DNA of 64,000 nt from a bacterium (GTDB lineage Bacteria; Synergistota; GBS-1): NCBI GenBank assembly GCA_030153785.1, contig JASKLF010000005.1, positions 64,001-128,000 of the forward strand, read 5' to 3'. Both the position numbers and the translations under genes were made by a program. Position 1 is the stretch's first letter, and each line of letters begins with the position of its first letter. This document shows, in pieces, positions 24,698-34,269 of this stretch. The notes beneath the pieces were generated by a model that was not told the DNA's origin, ran no database searches, and saw only the letters and a list, made by a program, of their open reading frames with translations.

Positions 24698-25512
24698 GAG
24701 CTTCTTACCAGAGGGGCGCAGAAGGCCAGTTTGAAGCCAAGGGAGTAGGCGATCTCTTCATATTCTTTAAATTCCTCGGGAGTTATGAAACGCTCGACAG
24801 GTAGATTTTCTTTAGTAGGCTGAAGATATTGACCAATGGTTATGATATCACAGTTCGCCTCTCTTAAATCTTCCATAACTTCTATAACTTCCTCCTTATT
24901 CTCGCCGAGACCTACCATTATCCCTGATTTAGTTATTATGCTTGGGTTTAAATCCTTAACCTTCCTCAAGAGGTTAAGGGATCTTTCGTAGTTGGCCATC
25001 GGCCTGACACGAGGGTATAGCCTTTTTATCGTTTCGAGGTTATGATTGATCACCGTGGGAAGCGCGTTGACCACCTTTGCGAGGGCTTCCTCGCTTCCCT
25101 TAAAGTCGGGTATCAGTACCTCTATTCCCTTTACGCTTTCTATCTTTTTTACCTCCCTTATCGTGCTTTCAAAGACGCTTGCTCCACCATCTTCAAGGTC
25201 GTCTCTCGTTACGGAGGTTATAACCACATATTTTAAGCGAAATTTTTTAACCGCCTCAGCCACTCTAAAGGGCTCTTCCTCATCGATGGGTAAGGGATTT
25301 CCCTTTGTTACCGCACAAAACCCGCAATTTCTCGTGCATATATCCCCCAGGATCATGAAGGTTGCCGTCCCTCTTGAGAAACACTCTCCCAAGTTTGGGC
25401 ATCTTGCTTCCTCACAAACCGTATGAAGTCCACATCCCCTTAGTATTTTCCTTGTGGATTCCGCTTTTCCTCCTTTAGGGAGGTTTGACCTTATCCAGGA
25501 TGGCTTTCTCAT
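24628..25512 (-). CDS. lipA: Lipoyl synthase
   Basis: LHTVCEEARCPNLGEC, CTRNCGFC, HNLET, KSGIMVGLGE, GQYLQP, PLVRSSY. Confidence 0.96.
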   Translation of the reverse strand: MRKPSWIRSNLPKGGKAESTRKILRGCGLHTVCEEARCPNLGECFSRGTATFMILGDICTRNCGFCAVTKGNPLPIDEEEPFRVAEAVKKFRLKYVVITSVTRDDLEDGGASVFESTIREVKKIESVKGIEVLIPDFKGSEEALAKVVNALPTVINHNLETIKRLYPRVRPMANYERSLNLLRKVKDLNPSIITKSGIMVGLGENKEEVIEVMEDLREANCDIITIGQYLQPTKENLPVERFITPEEFKEYEEIAYSLGFKLAFCAPLVRSSYKAEEVLNLLKEKGDTSNEALP

Positions 25513-25519
25513 ATCAACG

Positions 25520-25528
25520 ATTATAGCA
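25520..25528 (-). promoter_or_regulatory. Extended -10 (TGcTATAAT) 7 nt before the lipA ATG
   Basis: Minus strand reads TGCTATAAT-CGTTGAT-ATG with no SD. Confidence 0.6.
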
Positions 25529-25568
25529 AAAAAATTGGGGCTGGGAATTTTTCCCAGCCCCGTTTTTT
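25528..25568. terminator. Terminator after the minus-strand dctP (bidirectional shape)
   Basis: GGGGCTGGGAA-TTT-TTCCCAGCCCC flanked by A and T tracts. Confidence 0.85.
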
Positions 25569-25576
25569 CTTGTTTT

Positions 25577-26575
25577 TCACTTCGTTGCTAAGTCTATAAA
25601 TTGCTTTCCTATGTCTTCTCCCACCGTTTTCACCCATTTCTCCCACGTAGGTTTGCATATTTCTCTGAATTGCTTTACTACATCTTCTGGGGGTTCTATT
25701 ACCTCTATTCCTTTAGCTTTAATCTTGGGCCATACCTCTTGTTCGTGAACCATCTCGGCATATTTCAGGTGTAGATAATCGTACTTGTAGGCTGCGAGAG
25801 TGATGATGCGCTTGACGCTTTCGGGGAGCTTGTCCCACGTTTCTTTCTTCATATATATTCCTCTCCCATATGCGCTTAAGGGTATCTTTGTGCAATATTT
25901 AAGGACTTCATAAAGAGCCCTTCCTCCTATAGTTCCAGGATAAGCTACCAGTCCGTCGATGGTTCCCCTTTGTAAAGCTTCGTAAAGCTCACCTGAAGGC
26001 ATGAAGACGGGGGAAGCTCCTAATGCTTTAATGGCCTCAGCTTCCGCCTCTCCTCCCACCCTGATAATCATCCCTTTAAGATCTTCTGGGGTTCTGACGG
26101 GCTTCTTTGCGGTCCAGAGATATTGCGAAGGAATGGCTCCGAAAGCTAAGAATACGATACCGTGCTTTTCCATCATTACCTTTTGGATGAGATTAAATAG
26201 AGGCTGGCCTATCTTCAGCTTTTCGTTCATATCCCAATCGCTCTTGAATATGAATGGTAGAGAAGGACCACCCATTATAGGCCAACTTCCCGTGGTGTGA
26301 GATGTGGTATGAAAGATTATGTCCGCGGTTCCAGCTTCAAGTCCCGGCACAAGTTCTTTAACCTTAAGAAGTGTTCCAGAATGGTAGAAGTTCAGCTTTA
26401 TCTTGCCTTCTCCTGCCACGTTAACATCATCTATAAATGCTTCTTCGGGAGGAAGAAGGTCCTTGTATCCGGGGGTAACGTGAGAGGCAACGTTCATGGA
26501 TATAACTTTGGCTAAGGCGACGCTTGCAAATACTGATATCAGTAGAAATGCCATTAATATGTAACTTTTCTTCAC
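25577..26575 (-). CDS. dctP: TRAP substrate-binding protein DctP
   Basis: Signal peptide; KPVRTPEDLKGMIIRV, LGASPV.MP.GELYEALQRGTIDG. Confidence 0.9.
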   Translation of the reverse strand: MKKSYILMAFLLISVFASVALAKVISMNVASHVTPGYKDLLPPEEAFIDDVNVAGEGKIKLNFYHSGTLLKVKELVPGLEAGTADIIFHTTSHTTGSWPIMGGPSLPFIFKSDWDMNEKLKIGQPLFNLIQKVMMEKHGIVFLAFGAIPSQYLWTAKKPVRTPEDLKGMIIRVGGEAEAEAIKALGASPVFMPSGELYEALQRGTIDGLVAYPGTIGGRALYEVLKYCTKIPLSAYGRGIYMKKETWDKLPESVKRIITLAAYKYDYLHLKYAEMVHEQEVWPKIKAKGIEVIEPPEDVVKQFREICKPTWEKWVKTVGEDIGKQFIDLATK

Positions 26576-26591
26576 CCTCCTTCACCTCCTT

Positions 26592-27893
26592 TCATCTCAT
26601 TGTGCTTGGTAACCACAAGGCCAGAGATGGCCAGAATACAAACAAAAGAAGGCATAATATTTCTACTATTATGTATGGAGCCGTTCCCCTTATTATTTCA
26701 TTTATGCTCAGGTCTTCCGCGATGCTCTTTAAGGTGTAAAGGTTAAGTCCTACCGGAGGAGTTATCACCGCAATTTCTACGTTTAAGACCATAAGTATCC
26801 CAAACCATAGGGGGTCAAACCCTAAGGCCTTGACGGCGGGAAGCATAATAGGCGTGGTCACAATTATCAATGAAGCTCCATCTATTATACAGCCTAAGAG
26901 GATTAAGACCCCCATGAATATTAGAATCACTCCTATTCCCGGAAGTTCCACGCTCGTTGCCCATCTTGCTACTCTTTCGGGCACCCTGACCAAGTTCAAA
27001 AATTGACTGAAGGTAAAGGCGCAGGCTAAGATTATCAGCAAAGACGCGCTTATTCTTGCAGAGTTGGATAAAACGGTTAAGAGCTTTTTCCAGTTTAGCG
27101 TCCTGTAGATTAAGGTTATAAGCAAAGCTCCTGCAACTCCTATAGATGCTGCCTCCGTTGGCGTTGCTATCCCAGTGTATATGGAACCTAAAACGAATAT
27201 TATGAGTAAAAGGACCACCCATAGCCTCCTTAGCGAGGCAATTTTTTCGCTTAGACTTACGCTTTCAAATTCTCTGGGGGCAAGCTTGGGGTCTCTAATG
27301 ACCGTTAGAAGAACATATAAAGCCATTGCCGTGGCGAGGATTAAACCGGGGACTATTCCACCTATGAACAGCTTTGCTACCGATTCTCCCGATAGGGAAC
27401 CGTATAATATGAAGGATATGCTTGGGGGTATTAAGACCGCTAAGGCTCCCGGTGCGGCAACTGCTCCTGCGGCAAGCTTTTTATCGTATCCCCTTTTTAG
27501 CATTTCAGGTATGGCCATCGTTCCTATTGCAGCGACACCGGCTATGCTAACTCCGCACATGGCTCCAAAGAGTGCACAGGAGTATATCGTAGCTATGGCC
27601 AATCCTCCTGGAACCCTATTAAGCCACTTGCTAAAAGCGTTGTATATGTCCCTTCCTATTCCACTTACGAAGATAAGCTCGCCCATAAGTATATAAAGAG
27701 GTATTGCAACCAATATAAAGCTGAAAAGCTGGGATGTTATGGAAGCGGGTATTTGAAAGAGCCCCTTTGTTCCGCTTATAAGGTATATACCGAACGCGCC
27801 TGCAAGTCCTAAGGAAATGAAGATGGGAGTCCCCAGCGCCATGAATATCAGTAGCGTTCCTATGGCAAGGATTGTTACCGAGTCGAAACTCAT
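26592..27893 (-). CDS. dctM: TRAP large permease DctM
   Basis: AIPLYILMGE, LIPPSI, ATPTEAA, ITPPVGLNL. Confidence 0.92.
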   Translation of the reverse strand: MSFDSVTILAIGTLLIFMALGTPIFISLGLAGAFGIYLISGTKGLFQIPASITSQLFSFILVAIPLYILMGELIFVSGIGRDIYNAFSKWLNRVPGGLAIATIYSCALFGAMCGVSIAGVAAIGTMAIPEMLKRGYDKKLAAGAVAAPGALAVLIPPSISFILYGSLSGESVAKLFIGGIVPGLILATAMALYVLLTVIRDPKLAPREFESVSLSEKIASLRRLWVVLLLIIFVLGSIYTGIATPTEAASIGVAGALLITLIYRTLNWKKLLTVLSNSARISASLLIILACAFTFSQFLNLVRVPERVARWATSVELPGIGVILIFMGVLILLGCIIDGASLIIVTTPIMLPAVKALGFDPLWFGILMVLNVEIAVITPPVGLNLYTLKSIAEDLSINEIIRGTAPYIIVEILCLLLFVFWPSLALWLPSTMR

Positions 27894-28378
27894 GGATTTT
27901 CCCTCCTCGCTTCCCTAAGCTCATCAAGGAGTTTTACTATAAGCTGGATGCCCAGTGCTAACGCACCTAAGGGAAGGAAAATGTAAACCAAGAACAAAGG
28001 GGTTCTTAAAAGCGATGGCATTTTCATTCCTTTAGAATATACGAGCCAGGTTGCTTTTCCACCTTCCCATGCTAAGATTGCTGTAAATATTAAGGCTATA
28101 GTTCTATTTATGATGTTAACTATTCTTCTTTTTCCTTCGGATAGCCAGTCGATGATAAGACTGAACTTTATGTGTTTATCGAGACGTTCAACCTCTGCTA
28201 TGGCGAGAAAGGTTAACATAATTAGCATAAGCTCCGTGACCTCCGTTGCCCAGTAGGGAGGCCTTCTAAAGAGGTAGCGCATTATAACCGAATAAAAAAC
28301 CACCACTTGTATACCTGTGATTACGCCGATGGATAGCCAAAAGAGGAGTTTTGATATCATTTCGAGCTTTCTTCTCAT
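27890..28378 (-). CDS. dctQ: TRAP small permease DctQ
   Basis: VIMRYLF.RP..W..EV, HIKF, four TM segments. Confidence 0.88.
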   Translation of the reverse strand: MRRKLEMISKLLFWLSIGVITGIQVVVFYSVIMRYLFRRPPYWATEVTELMLIMLTFLAIAEVERLDKHIKFSLIIDWLSEGKRRIVNIINRTIALIFTAILAWEGGKATWLVYSKGMKMPSLLRTPLFLVYIFLPLGALALGIQLIVKLLDELREARRENP

Positions 28379-28427
28379 TCAGCTCACTCGCTTTCCTAAT
28401 GGGATTAAATGATAGACCCAATTACTA

Positions 28428-29102
28428 TTATATCATTTCATCTTCATTTAAAATTTCATAGGAGGGAAAAAGAAGCTTAAAAGACTCCAAATAGTGTTGC
28501 TTGACCTCACTTATCGGTGGGGCAAATCCCTTTAGGCTTTTTATCGAAACCATATTAATTCCTGTAAGACCGCAAGGGGTTATTAAAAGAAAGTGTCTTA
28601 AGATGGGGTCCACATTGAAGGCCGTTCCATGATAGCTTATCCACTTCTTGCCGCTTCTTTTGATTCCTATTCCAATGGATGCTATCTTTCTTCTTTCATC
28701 TATCCATACGCCGGGATAACCATCTCTATGAATGGCTTTTATATCATATTTTTTAAGAACCATGATTATCGCCTCTTCGAGCTTCCATACATATTCCTTT
28801 ACACTGCAATCTAAGGGGATTATAGGATATAATATGAGCTGGCCTGGGCCATGGTAGGTTACATCTCCGCCTCTGTCGGTAAAAACAACCTTTATTCCCT
28901 CTCTTTTTAAGACTTCCTCAGGTGCGAGGATGTGCTCTTTCTTCGCCCTTCTTCCAAGCGTGAAAACGGGCGTATGTTCTAAAAGGAGAAGGAAACCTAT
29001 ACCCTCTTTTTCCGATCTTTCTAAAAGCGTTTTCTGAAGCTTAAAGCATTCTTCGTAATCCTTTGGTTCCTTAAAATCTATCAGGTAAATCTTTGCTTTC
29101 AT
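28428..29102 (-). CDS. lipB: Octanoyltransferase LipB
   Basis: LLEHTPVFTLG, DRGGDVTYHGPGQL, KIASIG, HGTAFNV, ITPCGL. Confidence 0.94.
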   Translation of the reverse strand: MKAKIYLIDFKEPKDYEECFKLQKTLLERSEKEGIGFLLLLEHTPVFTLGRRAKKEHILAPEEVLKREGIKVVFTDRGGDVTYHGPGQLILYPIIPLDCSVKEYVWKLEEAIIMVLKKYDIKAIHRDGYPGVWIDERRKIASIGIGIKRSGKKWISYHGTAFNVDPILRHFLLITPCGLTGINMVSIKSLKGFAPPISEVKQHYLESFKLLFPSYEILNEDEMI

Positions 29103-29659
29103 GGTCTAACCAGAAGGGGATTTAACGAATCTATCTTGGCTAAAGATACCACTTTGTAGTTTTTGAGCGTCTCTCTTCCCCTTTGAAAGGTTTTTTCTAT
29201 ACATATACCTATGCCTACAACCTTTCCCCTTGCTTCTTCAATCATTTCGCATAACGCTTTTATCGTCTCCCCCGTTGCCAGAAAGTCGTCAATGATTAAC
29301 ACCTTTTCTCCTTCCCTTATATAGTCTCCAGAAAGAGAGATGGTAATCTCGTTAAGCTTTGTTCTCGATGTTATCTTTCTTTCAAAAACTTTTCCGCATA
29401 AAGTAATGGGCTTTCTCTTCCTCGCAAAGATAAGGGGGATTCCTAACGATAAGGCAGTAAATAAAGCTGGGGAGATCCCTGAAGACTCAACCGTTAATAC
29501 TAAGGAAGGGTTTTCCTCCTTAAATATTTCGGCAAACCTTTCCCCGATTTTTTTAAGAAGGGCTGGGTCTACCCTGTGATTTAGAAAGCTGTCTACCTTA
29601 AGGATATTCTCTCCTATAACCCTGCCCTCTCTTTTGATTCTTTCGATGAGCTCTTCCAT
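29099..29659 (-). CDS. xpt: Xanthine phosphoribosyltransferase
   Basis: LKVDSFLNH, TVESSGI, FARKRKP, LIIDDFLATG, IEKTFQ.GR. Confidence 0.93.
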   Translation of the reverse strand: MEELIERIKREGRVIGENILKVDSFLNHRVDPALLKKIGERFAEIFKEENPSLVLTVESSGISPALFTALSLGIPLIFARKRKPITLCGKVFERKITSRTKLNEITISLSGDYIREGEKVLIIDDFLATGETIKALCEMIEEARGKVVGIGICIEKTFQRGRETLKNYKVVSLAKIDSLNPLLVRP

Positions 29660-29667
29660 GATAAAAA

Positions 29668-29676
29668 ATTATAACA
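29668..29676 (-). promoter_or_regulatory. Extended -10 (TGtTATAAT) 8 nt before the xpt ATG
   Basis: Minus strand reads TGTTATAAT-TTTTTATC-ATG with no SD. Confidence 0.6.
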
Positions 29677-29742
29677 TGGCCATAGATATTGTTGAAGCCG
29701 GATATGGGCTGTAGTAAAATGATTTAAAAAGCTCTGTAAGTC

Positions 29743-30048
29743 TTGAGGGGGGGGCTTATAAGGTTGGCAATAGATGATTTTGGAAGCGGATTCTCCTCGT
29801 TCCTTTATATAAGGTATCTTGACGCTTACTTCGTTAAGATAGCGGGTAATCTTATTCGTGAGATAACGGTGAGCGCGAGGGCAAAGATGCTCGTTGAAAG
29901 CCTCACGAGTTTCTTCAAAGGTAGGTCTATAGAGGTTATAGCTGAGCATATCGAAAATGCTGAAATAGCCGATGTTCTTAGGAGAATGGGAGTTCAATAT
30001 GGTCAGGGATTTTACTTTGGGAAACCGTCTCCAAATCCGGGGACTTAG
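29743..30048 (+). pseudogene. C-terminal fragment of an EAL (c-di-GMP phosphodiesterase) domain
   Basis: LAIDDFGSGFSSF, VKIAG, VIAEHIE, GVQYGQGFYFGKP; the N-terminal part with the EAL motif is missing; in-frame TAA at 29737-29739. Confidence 0.75.
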
Positions 30049-30053
30049 GGTAG

Positions 30054-31340
30054 GTGGTTGACGTGGATTTGAGAAAGGACCTTTTTGAGGTGGTAAATTT
30101 TGCCATCAAAAGGGTTTTGCCTGAGGAGTCTGTTAAAAATGTGATAGAAAGGGAATGTATAGATGAGCTTGATAACTTGTATCTCGTGGCTATAGGTAAG
30201 GCTGCTTGGAGAATGGCAAAGGCTGCTAAGGAGAAGCTCGGGAGTAAGATTAAAGGGGGAGTGGTTATTACGAAATACAAGCATTCCCTCGGGGAGATAG
30301 AGGGTCTGGAGATTTTCGAAGCGGGACATCCCCTGCCAGATGAGAACACCTTGAAGGCGACCGGGAAAGCGGTAGAGCTTGTAAGCTCTTTGGGGAAGGA
30401 AGATAAAATTCTCTTTTTGGTCTCCGGTGGAGGCTCCGCCTTGTTTGAGCTCCCTATGGAAGGAATTTCTCTGGAGGATTTAAAGACGGTTAACGAGCTT
30501 CTTTTGAAATCGGGTGCGGATATTGTAGAGATGAACACCGTTAGAAAACATATATCGAAGGTTAAGGGAGGGAGATTTGCTCAACTTGCGTTTCCCGCTT
30601 ATGTGTATTCTTTGATTTTATCGGATGTTTTGGGTGACCGTCTTGACTCAATAGCCTCTGGGCCTGCTTACCCTGATGAGACGACCTATGAAGATGCCTT
30701 AAGGGTTATAGAGAAGTATGCTCTTTATGAAAAGATGCCCCCCTCTGTTATAGAAGTTCTTGAAAGGGGAAGAAGGGGAGAGATTCCCGAAACACCCAAG
30801 GAGCTCCTTAATGTTAAGAGCGTAATAATAGGGAGCGTTAGTCTTGCGTGCAGATACGCCGTGGAGAGAGCCAAAGAGCTTGGATACAATACCCTGTTTT
30901 TGACCTCCACGCTTAGTTGTGAGGCCTCTGAGGCAGGAAGGTTTATTGCTGAGATTTTAAAGGAGGTTAAAAGGTCGTCAAACCCTATAGCTCCACCCTG
31001 TATGATAGTTTTGGGTGGGGAAACGGTGGTTCATGTGAAGGGAAATGGTAAGGGGGGAAGAGCTCAAGAGCTTGCCTTGTCGGTAGCGATAGCCATTAGA
31101 GGGGAAAATCGCATTGCTCTGATTTCTGCAGGCACCGATGGGACCGATGGCCCCACCGATGCCGCAGGTGGCCTTGTAGATGGGGAAAGCTTTAACAGAA
31201 TGGTATCTCAAGGCGTTAATCCGGAAGAAGCTCTTTCCAACAATGATTCTTATAACGCCTTAAAGGCGAGTGGAGATTTGGTTATAACCGGTCCCACGGG
31301 GACAAACGTCAATGACATAATAGTGGGTGCTGTCATTTGA
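30054..31340 (+). CDS. Glycerate 2-kinase (MOFRL family)
   Basis: AIGKAA..MA, AGHPLPD, LVSGGGSAL, SDVLGD...IASGP, GGETVV, GKGGR.QE, GTDGTDGPT, TGPTGTNVND. Confidence 0.92.
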   Translation: MVDVDLRKDLFEVVNFAIKRVLPEESVKNVIERECIDELDNLYLVAIGKAAWRMAKAAKEKLGSKIKGGVVITKYKHSLGEIEGLEIFEAGHPLPDENTLKATGKAVELVSSLGKEDKILFLVSGGGSALFELPMEGISLEDLKTVNELLLKSGADIVEMNTVRKHISKVKGGRFAQLAFPAYVYSLILSDVLGDRLDSIASGPAYPDETTYEDALRVIEKYALYEKMPPSVIEVLERGRRGEIPETPKELLNVKSVIIGSVSLACRYAVERAKELGYNTLFLTSTLSCEASEAGRFIAEILKEVKRSSNPIAPPCMIVLGGETVVHVKGNGKGGRAQELALSVAIAIRGENRIALISAGTDGTDGPTDAAGGLVDGESFNRMVSQGVNPEEALSNNDSYNALKASGDLVITGPTGTNVNDIIVGAVI

Positions 31341-32367
31341 GAATAGGCTCTCCGTTGTAGGTTATCGATTTTATCAGCTTTTCGGCTTTTTCAACGGCTA
31401 TTTGAGGCAAAGGCGAATATGAAAGCTCGGAAGCGTATTTTTGCCCATCATGGATTATCCACCACAGGAGTTTTACAAGCTCCTCTGCCTTCTGGAGGGG
31501 TCTTCCTCCATAGTTTTGCTCCTTATAAACTATTATCCATGTAAAACTGCTTAAGGGGTATCCCTCGGGAGAGCTGGTCTCGGTTAAGTCTACTATCGTG
31601 CTTTCAGGTATTTCCATATTCGCAGCGGCTGTAACGGTTTCAACGGAAGGCTTAACGAAGTTTCCACTTTTGTTCTCTATCAAGGCAAAAGGTATTTCGC
31701 TTTGAGTTGCATATACGAACTCTATGTATCCTATGCTTCCGGGGATTTGCTTTATAAGTCCCGCTACGCCGGGATTGCCTTTTCCTCCTATTCCGGTTGG
31801 CCACTTAAGGGATTTTCCCACACCAACCTTTTCTTTCCACTCTTCGCTTACCTTGCTTAAGTATTGGCTGAATATGTATGTGCTTCCGCTACCGTCAGAC
31901 CTGTAAACGACGGTAATATTCATCTTGGGTAGTTTGATATCCGGATTTAGTTTTGCTATTTCGGGGTCGTTCCACTTTTTAATTTTTCCTAAATATATGT
32001 CAGCAATGACTTTACCTGTAAGCTTTAACTCGTTTACTCCCGGGAGATTGTAGGCCAAAACAAGTGCTCCTAAACAAGTGGGAATGTGAAGAACGGGCGC
32101 ACCCGCATCTTCAAGCTCCCTTTCCGTTAATGGAGAGTCGGTTGCTCCAAAATCCACGGTTTTATTGATGAGTTGCCTTATCCCTCCTCCAGAGCCAATG
32201 GCTTGATAGTTAACCTTTACGCCGGTTTCATTGTGGTAAACCGAAAATAGCTTTGAGTATAGAGGATAGGGGAAGGTAGCTCCAGCACCTATAAGCTCAA
32301 CGCCTTTTGCCTCGGAAACGGGTATTACTAATAGGAGAAATGCCAAAAAGACCCTCAAAATCTTCAT
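31333..32367 (-). CDS. pstS: Phosphate ABC transporter substrate-binding protein
   Basis: GAGATFPYPLY, YQAIGSGGG, DFGATD, RSDGSGST, GKGNPGV. Confidence 0.94.
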   Translation of the reverse strand: MKILRVFLAFLLLVIPVSEAKGVELIGAGATFPYPLYSKLFSVYHNETGVKVNYQAIGSGGGIRQLINKTVDFGATDSPLTERELEDAGAPVLHIPTCLGALVLAYNLPGVNELKLTGKVIADIYLGKIKKWNDPEIAKLNPDIKLPKMNITVVYRSDGSGSTYIFSQYLSKVSEEWKEKVGVGKSLKWPTGIGGKGNPGVAGLIKQIPGSIGYIEFVYATQSEIPFALIENKSGNFVKPSVETVTAAANMEIPESTIVDLTETSSPEGYPLSSFTWIIVYKEQNYGGRPLQKAEELVKLLWWIIHDGQKYASELSYSPLPQIAVEKAEKLIKSITYNGEPILK

Positions 32368-32456
32368 TCCTCTTCTCCTCCCTTGACATAATATTCTTAA
32401 GGCTTATATTATCATAGGGTACCCTTCTAAATCAATCTTTGTAAGGGGGTTTTGGC

Positions 32457-33008
32457 TTGGACAAAAGTCCTTCCGTGTTCAGAATATTCCTTACCACCCT
32501 AAGAATAGGGAGCTTTACCTTCGGCGGGGGTTGGGCTATGATTCCTCTTATCAGGGAGGAGCTCGTTAAAAAAAGAAGGTGGTTGAGCGAAGAGGAGTTT
32601 TTCGACATAGTCTCCATAGCTCAAAGCTTTCCCGGTCCCATCATGGTAAATGTTTCGGTTATGTGTGGGAGATGCCTTTTGGGAATTAGGGGAGCCATTG
32701 CAGGTCTGTTGGGGTCTATCCTTCCCTCGCTTGTGGTTGTTCTTATTATAGTTAGTATGCTTACGAAGTTTGGGGAAAGATCCTATATTAAGTCTTTTTT
32801 GAGGGGAATGAGGCCAGCCTTATTTGCTGTTTTGGTTTATGCTTTATATAGTATGAGGGGCTCAGTTAGGGGAAGCAAAGTTTCAATGGCCATAGCGATT
32901 TTAGCCTTTTTATCCCTTTCTTTTTTGGGGATAAACCCTTTTCTTGTGATCGCGGGTGGTGCTGTCTTCGGAATATTATTTTACATTTTAAGGGAGAGAT
33001 TTAGTTGA
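32457..33008 (+). CDS. Short-chain chromate transporter (CHR family), subunit 1
   Basis: IGSFTFGGG.AMIPLI..E.V, AQSFPGP. Confidence 0.9.
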   Translation: MDKSPSVFRIFLTTLRIGSFTFGGGWAMIPLIREELVKKRRWLSEEEFFDIVSIAQSFPGPIMVNVSVMCGRCLLGIRGAIAGLLGSILPSLVVVLIIVSMLTKFGERSYIKSFLRGMRPALFAVLVYALYSMRGSVRGSKVSMAIAILAFLSLSFLGINPFLVIAGGAVFGILFYILRERFS

Positions 33009-33526
33009 AGCTTTTGGAGCTATCCTTTTCTTTCGTTATTATAGGTATGGTGGGGTTTGGCGGTGGCTATAGTATTTTAAAGGTAATGATGCATGAACTT
33101 GTAGATGTGAGGGGATGGATATCCCTTGACGAGTTTCTCGATGTAGTTGCCATATCTCAATCTACGCCTGGGCCGATAGCGTTAAATGCCGCTACCTTCG
33201 TGGGATACAAAGTTGAAGGCGTTTTGGGAAGCGTTTTAGCAACGTTTGCTGTTGTTTTGGTTCCATTTCTTCTAAGCTACTTTTTGGGTAATTATATGTT
33301 TAGGAATAGGGATAAGGGGCTTTTTTCTGGGATGCTTTTGGGTCTTAGACCTGTAGCCCTGGCGTTAGTTGCATCGGCTGCCTATTCCTTTGCTCCATTG
33401 ATTTTGCTTAGCCCGTTTCAGGCCTTTATAGCCTTGGTATCTTTATTTCTCCTTTTTAAGTTTAAGCTTGACCCCATATTACTTTTGCTTTCCTGCGGTC
33501 TACTTGGGGTTGTGTTTAGGTTTTGA
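33005..33526 (+). CDS. Short-chain chromate transporter (CHR family), subunit 2
   Basis: GFGGGYS, SQSTPGPIALNAATFVG. Confidence 0.9.
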   Translation: MKLLELSFSFVIIGMVGFGGGYSILKVMMHELVDVRGWISLDEFLDVVAISQSTPGPIALNAATFVGYKVEGVLGSVLATFAVVLVPFLLSYFLGNYMFRNRDKGLFSGMLLGLRPVALALVASAAYSFAPLILLSPFQAFIALVSLFLLFKFKLDPILLLLSCGLLGVVFRF

Positions 33527-33528
33527 TT

Positions 33529-34266
33529 CTATGCCTTTTCTCTCTTTATCTCTCCGAGGTAGCTTTTTAAAAGTTCCTCCTTTTGGAGAAGCTCTTTTGA
33601 CGTCCCTTCAAGGACCACCCTTCCCGTTTGAAGAACGTATCCCCTGTGGGATATGTTTAACGCTTGTTTTGCGTTTTGCTCTACCAGTAAAATCGTGACA
33701 CCCTCCTCGTTAATTCTCTTTAGCTCCTTAAATATCTCTTTGACCAAAACCGGTGCAAGCCCCAAGGACGGTTCGTCGAGGAGGAGAATTTTGGGTCTTC
33801 TCATAAGCCCACGGCCTATGGCGAGCATCTGCTGTTCTCCACCGGAAAGGGTTCCTGCAAGTTGGCTTTCTCTCTCTTTAAGTCTTGGGAAAAGGGAGTA
33901 AACCCAATTGAGGTCCCTTTCTATCCCTTCCCTGTCCTTCCTCGGAAAGGCTCCCATAAGAAGGTTTTCATATACCGTAAGGTTTGCGAAAACTCTTCTT
34001 CCCTCGGGAACAAGTGTCAGCCCTCTTTCAACCACTTCATAGGTCTTTTGGGGGAGAGGTTTTCCCTCAAATAGAATCGCTCCGCTTTCTTTTTTTACCT
34101 CTCCCATTATAGCTTTAAGCAGTGTGCTTTTGCCCGCGCCGTTTGCTCCAACTACGCAGACTATTTCTCCTCTTTTAACCTCTAGATTGATTCCCAGAAG
34201 CGCCCTTATTGCCCCGTAACTCACCCTTAGGTCTTTTACCTCAAGTATATAATTCATGTCTTTCAC
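33529..34266 (-). CDS. livF: Branched-chain amino acid ABC transporter ATPase
   Basis: GANGAGKST, VPEGRRVF, LSGGEQQMLAIGR, LLDEPSLGLAP. Confidence 0.93.
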   Translation of the reverse strand: MKDMNYILEVKDLRVSYGAIRALLGINLEVKRGEIVCVVGANGAGKSTLLKAIMGEVKKESGAILFEGKPLPQKTYEVVERGLTLVPEGRRVFANLTVYENLLMGAFPRKDREGIERDLNWVYSLFPRLKERESQLAGTLSGGEQQMLAIGRGLMRRPKILLLDEPSLGLAPVLVKEIFKELKRINEEGVTILLVEQNAKQALNISHRGYVLQTGRVVLEGTSKELLQKEELLKSYLGEIKREKA

Positions 34267-34269
34267 CTT

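Noticed and set aside
29747..29754. G8 tract as a phase-variation switch for the EAL gene
   Set aside because: No upstream coding sequence exists in any frame to restore; the xpt promoter is under 80 nt away
32368..32456. Pho box upstream of pstS
   Set aside because: No convincing 11-bp-spaced direct repeats
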